Source of the DNA: Harriotta raleighana
Taxonomy: Eukaryota
Assembly (NCBI GenBank): GCA_050575255.1
Contig: JBNZDD010013718.1
Span: forward strand, 6,874,579 to 6,938,578
Reading direction: 5' to 3'
DNA: 64,000 nucleotides
The notes beneath the pieces were generated by a model, which was not told the DNA's origin, did not search any database, and saw only the letters and a program-made list of their open reading frames with translations. Position 1 is the stretch's first letter. Each line of letters begins with the position of its first letter. Made by a program: the position numbers and the translations under genes. Positions 40,951-53,420 of this stretch are shown piece after piece.

Positions 40951-42920
40951 CACATACACACACATACAATGCGTTTATAATTTAGTTCAGATCCAAATCC
41001 TATTCAACCCTGATCTCTCAATAATACAGAGAGAGGGGGGTAGGGGGTGGGGGGAGCACTTATTATTGAGACATCCCAGGAACAACAACAACAACATTAC
41101 ATTACATTTATAGAGCGCCTTTCACATCGGGAGGACGTCCCAAGACGCTGGACAGTTAGATTGGGAAAGTATCTTTCAACTCAAATAATGAACTAGAAGA
41201 ACCAGAGCATATGGAATAATCTCAGATCATGTTCACATCATTTTTTCTCTCCCTCTCAAGGCAGGCAGGCGAATCTGAGTTTAAAGCAAGTGAAAGACAA
41301 GGAGGAACCCACCCTACATAACCAGAGACTTTGTCTTCTCTGCAATGTTAATTGTCCATCCTATCAATCACCCACTGGAATCATTTAAACTTGCCCAGAG
41401 TTTCTGAAGAGTCAGTGAACTGTGAGAGAAGGGAGCGCCCTTCATTTCGAGGTGAAAAGACTCTCGTTGGTGGCTGTCGCACAAAAAGACTAAAATGATA
41501 ATCCTCGCATTCGAGATAGCGCTTTTCACGTCTTTTGGATGTCTTAAATGAGCGACTGCCCGGGCTCTTATCTAATCCGGTTACAAATGTGTTTCGCCGA
41601 CCCCCTCCCTTGGGGTTAATTTTTACCAGCCTTGGATGTCATTGTTTCACCCACAAAAATGTACAGTCAATTTCCAAGAAGAGCTCTGGAGATGTCGCAA
41701 CCATTTGTGTTTATACACAGCACTGTTCATGTGGGGTAGCATCCTGGAGCACTTCAATGATATGATAAAACGTGATGTCAAATGCGAGGATTATTATTGT
41801 AAATTTATTATTGTAAATTTCCAAGGCTTTCGGTGATTTCAGATGCTTTGATTCAGTTTCATCTGAAAGTAGATTTACAAGGGCTGTAACCTGGAAATCA
41901 GCTTTAAAAGTGATTTGCATGCACGAAAGTGGCCTTTTGTTAAAAAAAAAGTTTTATCAAATGACATTTTGGAAACTTCTGTACAATATTAATTACTTTT
42001 GTAGCTTTAATTTGTAATGTGATATGTCACTGAATATAAAACCTCTTCCTTGACTGCGTATGCACCTTTCAGCAACGTATAACTTGATTCACCTCATGTA
42101 ACTTGAAAGCTCAAGAAAGCTTGTAATCTTGTATAATTTAGAAGAGCAATAAAATACCAGTGGTTTACATTTCAACTCTGAAAACAGTTTTTTAAAACTT
42201 GGTTATCGTTGGATATTAGAAAACACATCTATCAACAACAAATTACATTTGTATAGTGCCTTTCACGTTGGAAGGATGTCCCAAGGAGCTGTCATTGTCA
42301 ATGTATTTCATTAAAAATAAACATTACTGCACATTGTAATTCAAAAGTCTTTTTGAAGTTGGCGGAATTTCTTAGGTTTAAATAAATGTATGTTAATTTT
42401 GTTAAATTTTAAAATTTATTATTTGATCAGCAGAGTGTCCAGATACATGTGGAAACCCATTACTCATGTTTCATAAGAGTATAACAACAACATCAAATCA
42501 CATTTCTAGAGCACCTTTCACGTCCTTTACAGACCCAACGAAGATACAAAGAATGGTCCCAGGCTTATTGATGTTTTGTAACTCATTGCCACATGCTATG
42601 AAATGTAGAGTTTGGGGAGGAAAGGACATTCTATCACATGGTTGAGATTGAGATGCAGCAACTATGTACTTCCCAGGTTTCCATTAGGAGAGATTGCTCT
42701 CAGAATTAGCCAGGATCACAGTGAGAGTCATTGGTGGCGAAAGGTTCTTTACGATGGTTTGCGAAATCGTTGCCAAAGATGCCAAAGTGATCACAGGGTT
42801 CCTTTCAAGGTGAAATCGACCATCAGGGACTGCCACCAGTGAACTTAACCCAAATAAACAGCTGTTATAGGGAGACAGTCGGGGGAGGAGGGGATGTACA
42901 CTGGCTCTATGGTACTTTCA

Positions 42921-42950
42921 CTGAGTCAGACTGAGTCAGGCTGAGTCAGA
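42921..42950. promoter_or_regulatory. Three tandem AP-1 consensus sites (TGAGTCA), 10-bp period
   Basis: ctgagtcaga ctgagtcagg ctgagtcaga, about 3 kb upstream of the ca12 ATG. Confidence 0.45.
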
Positions 42951-43547
42951 AGGCGGACAGTCTTGATACTAAACCAAACTTGCCATTTGTCAGAAGTTTT
43001 TTACGTGGGTGTCGAAGATAAGGGTGGAGACATACTTCTGTTTCCCCCACCGCCAATGGTGAAGGCATTTACTTAGCCTTCAGCATTATTTTTGCTGTTA
43101 GAGTAGCCACATCTCCTGCATGTGGAAATCTCATCTTCTGCTTGGAGCAATCTATGGCTTTTCACTGCTCTACTTTGCTGTCTTGGAGGGGGAAGTGCCC
43201 CAGGGATTAAACTGTGTTTTTTATTGAGCAAAGTAGGTGAAGAGCCAAAGCACCGAGTGTTGCACATGGCTGAGCCTGTAAAATAGGAGGAAAAGAAACA
43301 TAATAAGTCGAGAAATGGTAAAATGATGTCAAGATTGTGAGCCAAAAAAGCTACCTTTGGTGCCCTCCTTTCAATTAAGTGAGTTTTTCAAACAAAAAAA
43401 ACTTCAATGACTTGTTTTCTATTTTATGTATTTAAATTTTGTCGGGGATGGGGGAATGGGGGTGGGGGCGCAGAGAGGGAGAGGTGTTCCAGAAAACTGC
43501 TGATGTTAGCAAAACTAGGCTAGCTCATCAGCAGGACTTGGGAAAAT

Positions 43548-43818
43548 TACAACAACAAACAACAAAATTACATTTATAGAGTGCCTTTCACATTGGGAGG
43601 ACGTCCCAAGGTGCTGAACAGTCAGGATGGGACCCGAGCAAGGGAGAGGGCCTGGGTAGGGGGGAGGATGGGAGAAAGTTAGGAGGGGAGGGTGAGAGTT
43701 GGGAGGGCAGCAGAAGGCACGGTCAAAGAGGAGGGTCTTGAGACCGGCCTTGAAGGAGGCGAGGGAGGGAGCGAGGCGAAGGAACTGTGGGATGGAGTTC
43801 CAGAGTGTAGGGACAGAG
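43548..43818 (-). mobile_element. L2 LINE 3' fragment
   Basis: Closely similar to the 23374 copy. Confidence 0.85.
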
Positions 43819-43923
43819 AAAAGGCCAACTAGTGACTAGTCATTGGGGACAGGGGCTTTTCCCACCCAGCTACTGCTAACCTAAGCAAGCCAAAGCCCTT
43901 ACTTATAGGATTTAAAATTAATT

Positions 43924-44232
43924 TAATCCTTGCATTTGATATAGCGCTTTTCACATCTTATCGACGTCCCAAAGCGCTTCAGAGAATATACTGTAAAGTG
44001 AATTGACTATATTTCTGGGCACAATGCGGCAGCCAATTGCGCACAGCAGTGTCCCACAAACAGTCATGGATTGAAATGACCAATTTTATTATTGTTGTAT
44101 TTTTGGAGGGATTATTATTAGGCATGTGGAGTAAGGAAACTTGGCCAAGGTTTCGCCCTGATCTGCCGGGATTCGAACACAGATCTCATGCTTATAAGAC
44201 AAGTGCTCTAACCACTAAGCCACAGGAGCTGC
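43924..44232 (-). mobile_element. tRNA-derived SINE, full length
   Basis: Near-consensus copy. Confidence 0.9.
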
Positions 44233-44738
44233 ACTAGGATAGTTCTAGTTGGATACACTTTCAAAGTGGGGAAAGCTTAACAAACAGTACTTACAGTAGT
44301 AAGGCAACTGGTATTAGCCTGTTAGACAAACTGGGCAACAGCAGATTTAGATATAAACAGGTTGGTTTCAAAACAAACTATTCTGTGTGTTTTTTTAAGT
44401 CAAATTATATGTTATAATTCGAAGCACAGTGTTTAGCAATGGAGAAGGATACGATTATATGTCATTCATAATACGTTGTCACTTTGAGCTCAAAGAAAAG
44501 ATATTAGAAATGTAGACTGCAAGTGTCTCTCTGGTGGAGGATACTTCAGTGATTTGAGACTAATCTGCCTTTTGGTATGCAGTGTTGAGAGGTGAAATTT
44601 CATTCTTTGTAGGTTGCTATATCATGTTGTGGTTGAACACATACTCTGTTCCTCTTTACCCTTGCACAATGCATAAAGATGCCACTTACAAAAATTAATT
44701 GTACACATATCCATAATATAATCGGAATACCAGTTATG

Positions 44739-44920
44739 TGGAGTCCTATAGCTCAGTGGTTAGAGCAAGTGAGAAACCTGGGTTCAATTCCAGGCTGGGC
44801 AAAACCTTGGGCAAATTTCCTTACTCCACACACTTGATAATAATCTCTTGGAAAATAATAATAAATTGGTCATTTCAATTCACGACTGTGTGGGATACTG
44901 CTGTGCACAATTGACTGCTG
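44739..44920 (+). mobile_element. SINE 5' half
   Basis: Head and partial core, no tail. Confidence 0.75.
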
Positions 44921-46271
44921 TGGGATTTCAGGTAAACTTCTTCAGGTCTTGCTCTCCCAATGATTCAAGCGGAAATGGCTTCATATCCCTATTTAATTAT
45001 TTATTTATTTATTTATATATTATATTTATATAATATATTTGAAAAGCTTAAAGTGACTGGTACAAATTGTTGGAGTTTGTTTCATAGAACAATCCCAAAA
45101 TATCATTAGTCTGATATCCCGCTCTGATAGAGTGGAGACATTTGTCGGGCAACAGTTCATTTTAATTATGTAAATATTGTACCACGGCATTTTAACAAAA
45201 TAATGTTAAGGAATAGGGACTGCAACTTTGCCAAACAACAATAATGTTTTCCGTGGCAACTACCTTGAAGCTCAGAGAATGTCCTCTACTAACTTTCATG
45301 AATGGAGCTTAAAAAGCCTTTCATTATTGATCGTCAACAGTCCACATAAGCTTGACCTGTCTTCAATCACATGACCATTCTTTGTCTTCTGGAGATCAAC
45401 AACAATCAATTGAAGAATTTTCCTCCCCAGAACCCAAAGACAAACTACTTTGTCGTTTGCATCTGCCGCCCACTGCATTCAGTTTGAGCTACTGCCTAGA
45501 CTTTACAGGTGGAAGGATACAGCATTTCAGCAAAATTTGATATTTAATTCTTTAAGATCATCTGAAAAATAATGTGAGGTCAATATTTTTTTTTCTAATA
45601 ATCCTTGCATTTGATATAGTGCTTCTAGATCTCAAAGGCTTCACAGAATATGCTGAGAATTCACTAAACCCTCACCAGCACCCCTAACAAACATTTTTTA
45701 TAATATAGCACTGATTGCAGTGTTCAATGGGCTGAGGAATCGTGTTGCATCCATGTTTTGTGTTATTTTTGCAGCTGTTACTCTCAGCACATCTGAGGTG
45801 TAGAATGATAGGATTGTGTGGCATTCTGGTTTGGGGATTGAGAGCAGTCTACTCAATACTTCTGGAGCTGGATAAAGCCCAGCTTCACAGTACTTAGCAG
45901 TAACAAAGCATTGCCATCAAACCTCAGTTACTAGCAGAGTTCTAATGACAAGAACATCCATTTCAGAAACACAAGAGTAGTGGTGTTTTGAGTGGCGTTA
46001 CATCACATCAAAACATTTCAAAGGAATCACAAGTAATTACACTGCAGTCACTATGTTTTGTAAGCTAATGAGACAGCTACTTGCACCAGCAAATTCCTAT
46101 CACTAGGTATGCTGATGGGATTTTGTGCCCTAGGATCTTCACCTGGACAGGATCTAATTTTTAAATCATTTCCAAACGATGCATTGCAGCGATCCCCGCA
46201 CCTGTGTTAGCCTAGACTGTGAGCTCAAATCCTGATGTGGTCCTTGAACCCACAATTAGGAGACAATCTTT

Positions 46272-46420
46272 TAAGAACATAAAACTAAAGAGCAGGAGTA
46301 GGCCATCCAGCCCCTCGAGGCTGCCCCGCCATTGAATAAGAACATGGCTGATTTTCTAATCTAACTCCACCTGCCCACCTTATTTCCATATCCCTTTATC
46401 CATAAGAAATCTATCAATTT
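46272..46420 (-). mobile_element. CR1-type 3' end
   Basis: taagaacata...ggagtaggccatccagcccctcgag is the reverse complement of a typical CR1 3' terminus. Confidence 0.7.
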
Positions 46421-47925
46421 TCTTCTTCTGTGAGAAAAATGATTAAACTTTTGCCTCAGCAAAATGCATCTAATTTTCATTGTGTTCCACAACTCCAATG
46501 CAAGAATTGTAGAATTTTGACCTACCTAGAAGGAATTTTGACCTTCTGTGCAAAAATATATATATATAAATAAAGCAATAACTACAAGTTAATACAGGAT
46601 TCTCCAAATATAATGTTAGATTCCTTTAAATACTTTACACTTCAAAAAGGAATTAGCATCATCAGCATTCTGTTGATTGATTTTTTTGGGATAAAATTTG
46701 AACCTTAAATGTACAATAATTGCTTGGCAGTACAGCACTGTACTTTAAATGAATAGCACTTTGTGGGAAGTTATTTCCTACTGAAGTATTTTATTTTCTA
46801 CTGGTTTGTGGTATTTCATAGACTTAGATGGTTAGAGATTTTCTCAGTGTGGAATAGAAGTGCAAGTGATTATATTAAATTGGTATCTATTGCTAGGTAC
46901 AAGTACTAGTTTCTTTAAAATTATTTTGCTTTCTAAATTGCAACATAGGCACTTATGCAACAAAATACCACAGTTTGTTCAACAGATGAGTAAAGACCCA
47001 ATGAAAATGAGTTACATTTCCTGAGCCATTTTTCTCACTAAAAAGAAATAGAGAAAATCATCTTGCGATTATGGTAACAAATGCTCGTCTATGGTTCCTT
47101 AGCTTTCTGGTGCCCCGCCTGAGTGATTCTTATTTATGTATGAGCCACAACCAGTGCGCTGGAAGAGTTTTAGACCTTAGAGGTATTATGGGCAAGTCTG
47201 ATCCCATCATTTCCATTAACCCCCAAATTCCATCCAGTCTTAACCTGTATTGGGTCATTATGTCTATAAACCTTTTAGGTGGTGTTACATTTTGGGAAAA
47301 TTCTTCAAGTTTTAAATATTTTAGTTAATTTTCTGAATCTTCCCATTCTCTCATATGGAATGTGGTTCCATTCTGTTGTAAGTTCTAGGAAAACAGAAGA
47401 GGGATACCAGCAAAGAATCTCTTCAGCCTTTATTTTTGAGACATCGCTGGTTTGGTTAGTATGTGAGGCTGGTTGTTGAACAAAATATGTAGGCTGCTTA
47501 TTTGAAGAAAAATCAGTGTTTTACCAGTACTCCTTTTCCCTTTCCTGGATGATACCTTCAAGTCGGTGTTTGTACTGTTACTATGACAGCTGCACAGCAG
47601 ACTAATGTCCACTAACAGTCAATGTTGTAAGTGACATCAATATGTATTACACAGCTATAAATATGAGCCCAGTCATAATCATTTTAATGAGGTTTAAGTA
47701 CATAATAGTTGATTCCCTAAACATAATTGCACAGATTTTCTCATAGGTGTGGGCTGAAACCACTCCCTATTTCAACACAAGGTCAGTGAGCCCTCCTCTG
47801 GATCTGATAAAGTAGTTCAACTTAATGGGCTCTCTTATCCGATGTAAATTTTCTTGATTGGGGGAGGGGGGGGAAACAATCATGCAGAACAACCCACGGC
47901 TGACAAATATCTTAAAATATTCCTA

Positions 47926-48961
47926 CAGTAAAACCTTGTTTATCCGGCACCCACGGGACCTGGCCAGTGGCGTTTTAACAGTTTTCCGGTTGAACAGATT
48001 TTTTTTTTAAATGTAATTTTAATTAAAAATTATTTTAATACATACCATATTAATAATAGACTAAATAATAACAGAATAACGGGGATTGGGTGGTGCCGTT
48101 CTTTCCAATTTTCTGTTATCTCAAGAGTGACTCTATACAAATTGGTCCTTTTTTTTAGAGAGTTAACAGCTTTTTTGTTTAAGCGGCAAAAGCTTTTTTC
48201 TAGCGTTTTAAAAGCCAGTTTCTTTTGCTGCGACCCAAATTAGCCTCCCACCACTAGAGAGTGTTATCACGATTGTCGCTCAGTTCAGCCAAAATGTTAC
48301 CTCTTTTGTGGCCGTCAGAAATTAAGTACAATTGCACAAAATCAAAAGGTGGAATAAGGTTTTTTAAAAAAAAGTAACTTATGTATAGCACAGTCTAGTG
48401 ATATGTATTTATATAATTTATACAAAGTNAAAAAAAGTAACTTACATGCTATGTACAGCATATATTATGTATAGCACAGTCTAGTGATATGTATTTATAT
48501 AATTTATACAAAGTAGTTCGAATGTGCAGTTCTTCCGAATGCAGTTCTTTCGAAAGTTTACTTTATTATTTATACTTAACTTTGGAATGCAGCCCTCAAC
48601 CCGACGGAGGTAAAAAAACGCAACTTTTAAAAGGAACAGGAGCGAGTTTAGACCTGACTAGTAGCCAGCCGCGAGTACCTGCACCAGTATTAGTACTTTA
48701 TTATTTATACTTAACTTCACAATGCAGTCCTCACCCGACGGAGGTAAAAAAAAACGCGACTTTTAAAAGGAGCAGGAGCAAGTTTAGACCCGACTGGCGG
48801 CCAGCCGCGAGTACTTCCACCAGTACTCGCTTGTGACAGTCATTAAACGCGTCATCAATATTTGCCACATAACTTCCGGTTCATCGAATCGGGACTTTTT
48901 TGAGATGGTGGTTGAACGGGTTTTCCGGTTCATCGAGTCACGGATAAACAAGGTTTTACTG
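47926..48961. mobile_element. Non-autonomous Tigger/pogo-type (Tc1/mariner superfamily) element
   Basis: Perfect 21-bp TIRs CAGTAAAACCTTGTTTATCCG (47926-47946 and 48941-48961), TA on both flanks, no transposase ORF. Confidence 0.9.
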
Positions 48962-49469
48962 TATTTGCCATTTCTTTTAAGAATGAACCAACCCTCAGTG
49001 TAAGCGAACATACAAATCTTCAAATAAAAATGAATATCTTAATGGGTTCTTCTTTCCCTCTCATTTAAAGAAGTGGTGGTTGATTCAGTACCATTTCCCC
49101 CCAAAGTTATATCATGTGCAAAGCAACACAATGGATTTGTACTCTTTAGTAGAAAAAAATGTATTAAATAACATAAATCTGCTATTATTGAACAGAAAGA
49201 ACAGATGGTGACACTGTGTATATTGTGTACTTTGAATTCAAGATAACAGTTTCATTATATGGCAAGAGTGTATTTCACCCCTTGGCTCCACAGTATGGCA
49301 CTGCAATATGNTGCACTGGCACTGCAATATGCTTGTACCTGTATATAAAAATGGAAATTTATAGGTGTGGTGGAATGAACATCGATGTCGTCAGCACCTG
49401 AAATCAACCAGTGCTGACTAGAGCCAAGCCAGAGAGGGTCTCGGTCTTGTTGACATCAAGCTGTCTAAA

Positions 49470-49785
49470 GTTCGAACTGATCCATAGTTTGAGCAAGAGC
49501 ACTCACCTTACAAGTGGGAGACCTGGGTTTAGTTCCCGGCAGGATGAAACCTTTGGCAAGTTTCCTTACTCCACACACCGAATAATAATCCCTCAAAAAA
49601 TGCACATTAATTAATTGGTCACTTCTATCCATGACTGTTTGTGGGACGCTGCTGTGCGCAATTGGCTGCCCCGGTTCGCTCACAAAATATCTCGTCAATT
49701 CACTTTACAGTATATTCTGTGAAGCACGTTGAGATGTCTAGAAGATGTGAATAGCGCTATATGAAATGAAAGGTTTATTATTAGT
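49470..49785 (+). mobile_element. tRNA-derived SINE
   Basis: Degenerate head, clear core and tail. Confidence 0.85.
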
Positions 49786-52091
49786 AGTAGTAGTTTTAAC
49801 TCATTCAACAATAGTTTTGGAGGCATGCCAGCTCAGATTTGGTAGGTACAAGCATTTCACAAACTCTGTGGTCATGGAAATTAGCAGATAGAAATCAATT
49901 GAATTATGATTGATGGTAGTTGCTATTAGTTACCCACCAATTATATAAATGCCACCATGTATTGTATGGTGGTGTATATGCTGAGGAGGTAATTGGGTGA
50001 GGAGCCTGAGACTTGCTTAGAAAATGGTGTCCACACCAGAGTTATTTCCTGGATGATAGTCTCGTTCCCTGAAGGTAAAGGCTGCACTAACAGTTGCAGT
50101 TCCACCCACTATTAACATTGATGTGCAGCACCAACAAAAGCAATCAACCTTGACGTACATATTGAGCTAACAGATGCATTGGTTGTTCTATTTTGCCTGT
50201 TTTCTATTGTTCTAGTCTTTGTTTTCCCATTGAGACTGGATGGGTTTTACCTTTTCAATGGTCATTCCATGACTGTTTTGTCAGGGACACCGCTGTGCAC
50301 AAACTGACTCTGCGTATCACCCCAAAATACACAGTCAATTCACTTTACGCTCTCGTCTATGAAGTGTTTGGAGATGTCTCAGACATGATCAGGCGCTATT
50401 TCAAAAGCAAGGATAATTATTATATTAAATGCAAGGATTATTATTTATTATTGTTATAATAAGATTCCTTTACATCTCTTACTCAGAACCTGATTTCAGT
50501 TTTACCAATTAAATAATCGAATTCACACAGATTTAATTCATATTTTTAAAACTAGTTTCGTACATATTGAAATCAGTACATTTTTGTCAATGGGATTATC
50601 ATACTATATTTCATCTTGACAACCAGTTACCTGTTTCTTTCTGGCTCTTTGGCTCCACACTGTGTTAAACATTATTACTGTAGTTACAGTTGTGAGTAAA
50701 AGGGATATAATTTCAGCATGAAACAGAATTATTCTCAGTTTGAATATATTGTACAATTACACTTTAAACTTAATTTTTCCTCAGGATTTTGTGCCTATCA
50801 AGGTGAGAGAGATGTCAGTACACAGTTTACATCACAATAGTTTCGAGCACGCCAAAGTTTCAAACTACCTGAGGTTTCATTAGATTCAAAGTTAAAAGGC
50901 AACAGTTCTAATATAATAGTGAACTACACAGTGAACTACAACTACACTGAATGTGTTTCCTTTGACATATCATTTAAACAAAGGGGCTTGCTTGCCTGTT
51001 GACCCTGTAGGCAAATACATTACCTGGTGTGACACAGAACCATTAACTATTAGACCAACATTCAATCCTTGCTTTGTTTTCTCATTGAATTTGGCAGAAG
51101 AGATGTTGCATTTGGTCTCAGTAACCTTCATACATGTCTGCAACCTTGCCAGCCAAAGAGAAGAAAACCAACCATTGCTCAAGCTTCTGCATTGTTGTTC
51201 AGCGATACTTGCTGAAAGGTATGTGTGTGGTCACTGGGTGAGGAAGGATTATACTCTACCCATGATTAAATAGGTTGGCAGCATTTATTATTGGGCCTTA
51301 AACAAGAGCGATTAGGCAATTAAGCCATGGTGGTTAACCAAGGTCTGTGGAACTAGATCACAGGGTTATTCCTCAATTCGCTCACTGCACAAGACCATTA
51401 AAGACCAGTTCACTGGAGCTATTCTTCTCTGTTGGATGGAAATTCTTCCGAACATGTTGACTTATTACATGCCCTACGTAGTGGCTTATTATTATGCCTG
51501 CTCCACAAAACTGACTGAGGTCATTTAACACAGCACCGATCAAAGATGGAACCTGAAATGAGAGATTGTGAATACAAAAACAAGGAAGTGATGTTGATAT
51601 TATGTACATAGGTTGCAGTGCACAGTCTGGGCAAGATATTATTACTACAGAGAGTTTAGGCTCAAATAAATGACACTGGCGTTGAAGTGTATTATAGTTA
51701 ACACAATAAATTTTTTAAAACTAGCAGTGGTGAATTTAGGGAGCTAAAAAGTCTTCTTTCACAAAGAGCTTTTTTTTTTTTAAAAAATAAATTTTTCCAC
51801 TACAGTATGTGCAAAGGAAGTGAAAACGTATCTTTTGAATAACCTACTACATGGGAAATTTCTGGTCAAATATTAAACGGTTCATTACTCATTTCTTTAT
51901 TTAGCAAATTAACTTCTCTCATCTTATCTGACAGGTGCAAAAGGTCACTGCTAACGTTTAAGCATTTGATGTCAGGGACTGGGAGAGATTGGTTTTACAC
52001 CACTCCCACCACTTTTTAACTTGTTCTTAAAAGGAAAGCAAAATTTAAAAAACTGACTAAGATCTGATCCAAAGGAGACGTTTACACCACA

Positions 52092-52176
52092 ATGAAGAAC
52101 TTTAACACCGTTGCTTTAGGCTTGGGGTTAATTACCATTTACATGGCTTCATTCACTTCAACAGAAGAGTTAGCAG
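52092..52176 (+). CDS. Membrane-anchored double-Kunitz protein, exon 1 (signal peptide)
   Basis: acaATG start, MKNFNTVALGLGLITIYMASFTSTEELA, consensus CAG/gtaagt donor. Phase 1 is compatible with the Kunitz exon at 58955. Confidence 0.75.
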
Positions 52177-52924
52177 GTAAGTTACACTTTCTGTAGCACA
52201 TAAAGGTCATTTACAATAATAATAATCCTTGCATTTGATGTATTGCTTTTCATGTTTCCTCATAGATATCTCAAAGCACTTAAAATTTGATGGCATTTTA
52301 AAAAAAAATCACCAATGTTAATTAAGGAAAAATAGATGAATAAAATATCCTCAGAATGTGTCTATTTTTAATCTGTTCTAATTGTTTAGAACAGATAGGA
52401 AGAGGGGAAAAAATACAAGATCTTTGCAGATGGATAGATTTTTAAACCAAATTAGCAATGAGAAAATTCGAACAATTTGAAAATAGGATTGGTTTCTGGT
52501 GTAACTATGGCACTGGTGTTACAGTCTGAGCGGGATTAATGATCCCGCCCAAACTACTTCTTTTTTCAGATTTCTAGCATCTGCTGTATTTTGCATTTTG
52601 TTTTGGGAATACTGCTGCTCACCTTAACTCTCTTGAATCTCCTGTCTTTCATCTCTTGTGACTATAAGATATTCTTTCTCAATAGCTCGGTATTTTTTCT
52701 GTTTTATTTCCTTATTTAAACAGTGCATTGTCTTGTCACAACGTGGTGTTCGCTTCACTATGGTAAAGATATTAATATCTCCATTGCTAGAAGATATTGC
52801 TGCTAGATTTCTCTGATCTAACAGTTCCCCATATAAAATCATAACCCCTTGTTATGACATACTCAGGTGTATCACAGCGAGAATAGAAACTATTTCAGAT
52901 CCGACAAATTTCTTCAAAGCCAAG

Positions 52925-53420
52925 TTGGTCATTTTAATCCATGGCTGGGACACTGATTTACACAATTGGCTAGCGTGTTTCGCCCACAAATATGCAGTCA
53001 ATTCACTTTACAGTATATTCTGTAAAGCGCTTTGAGACGTCAATAAGATGTGGAAAGCACTATATCAAATGCAAAGATTATTAAAGAATAATAATATTAT
53101 AATCTTTGCATTTGATATAGCCATATCAAGTCATCAAAATGTCTCAAATAATTAACTGTATTTTGTGGGAGAAACACAGCAGTCAATTGTGCACAGCAGT
53201 GTCCCACAAACAATTGTGAATTGAGAACATAATTTTTAAGGATTATTACCCTCCAGAAAAGCAATCTACCAATTGACTAACTACCGAGATCCTACTTGCT
53301 GCTAAGTAAACAGAGACGTTTGGAGTAAGAAAGCTTGCCTAACGTTTTGCCCTGCTGAGAATTGAACCAAGGTGCTCTTGCCTGCGAAATGAGTGCTTTA
53401 ACCACTAAACTACAGAACTT
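52925..53420. mobile_element. Tail-to-tail SINE pair (+ 52925-53082, - 53096-53420)
   Basis: 3' half on + immediately followed by a degenerate minus-strand copy. Confidence 0.8.

Noticed and set aside
39870-41113. Many short ORFs upstream of ca12
   Set aside because: GC-rich promoter region, microsatellites and an artefactual duplication, with no coding signature.
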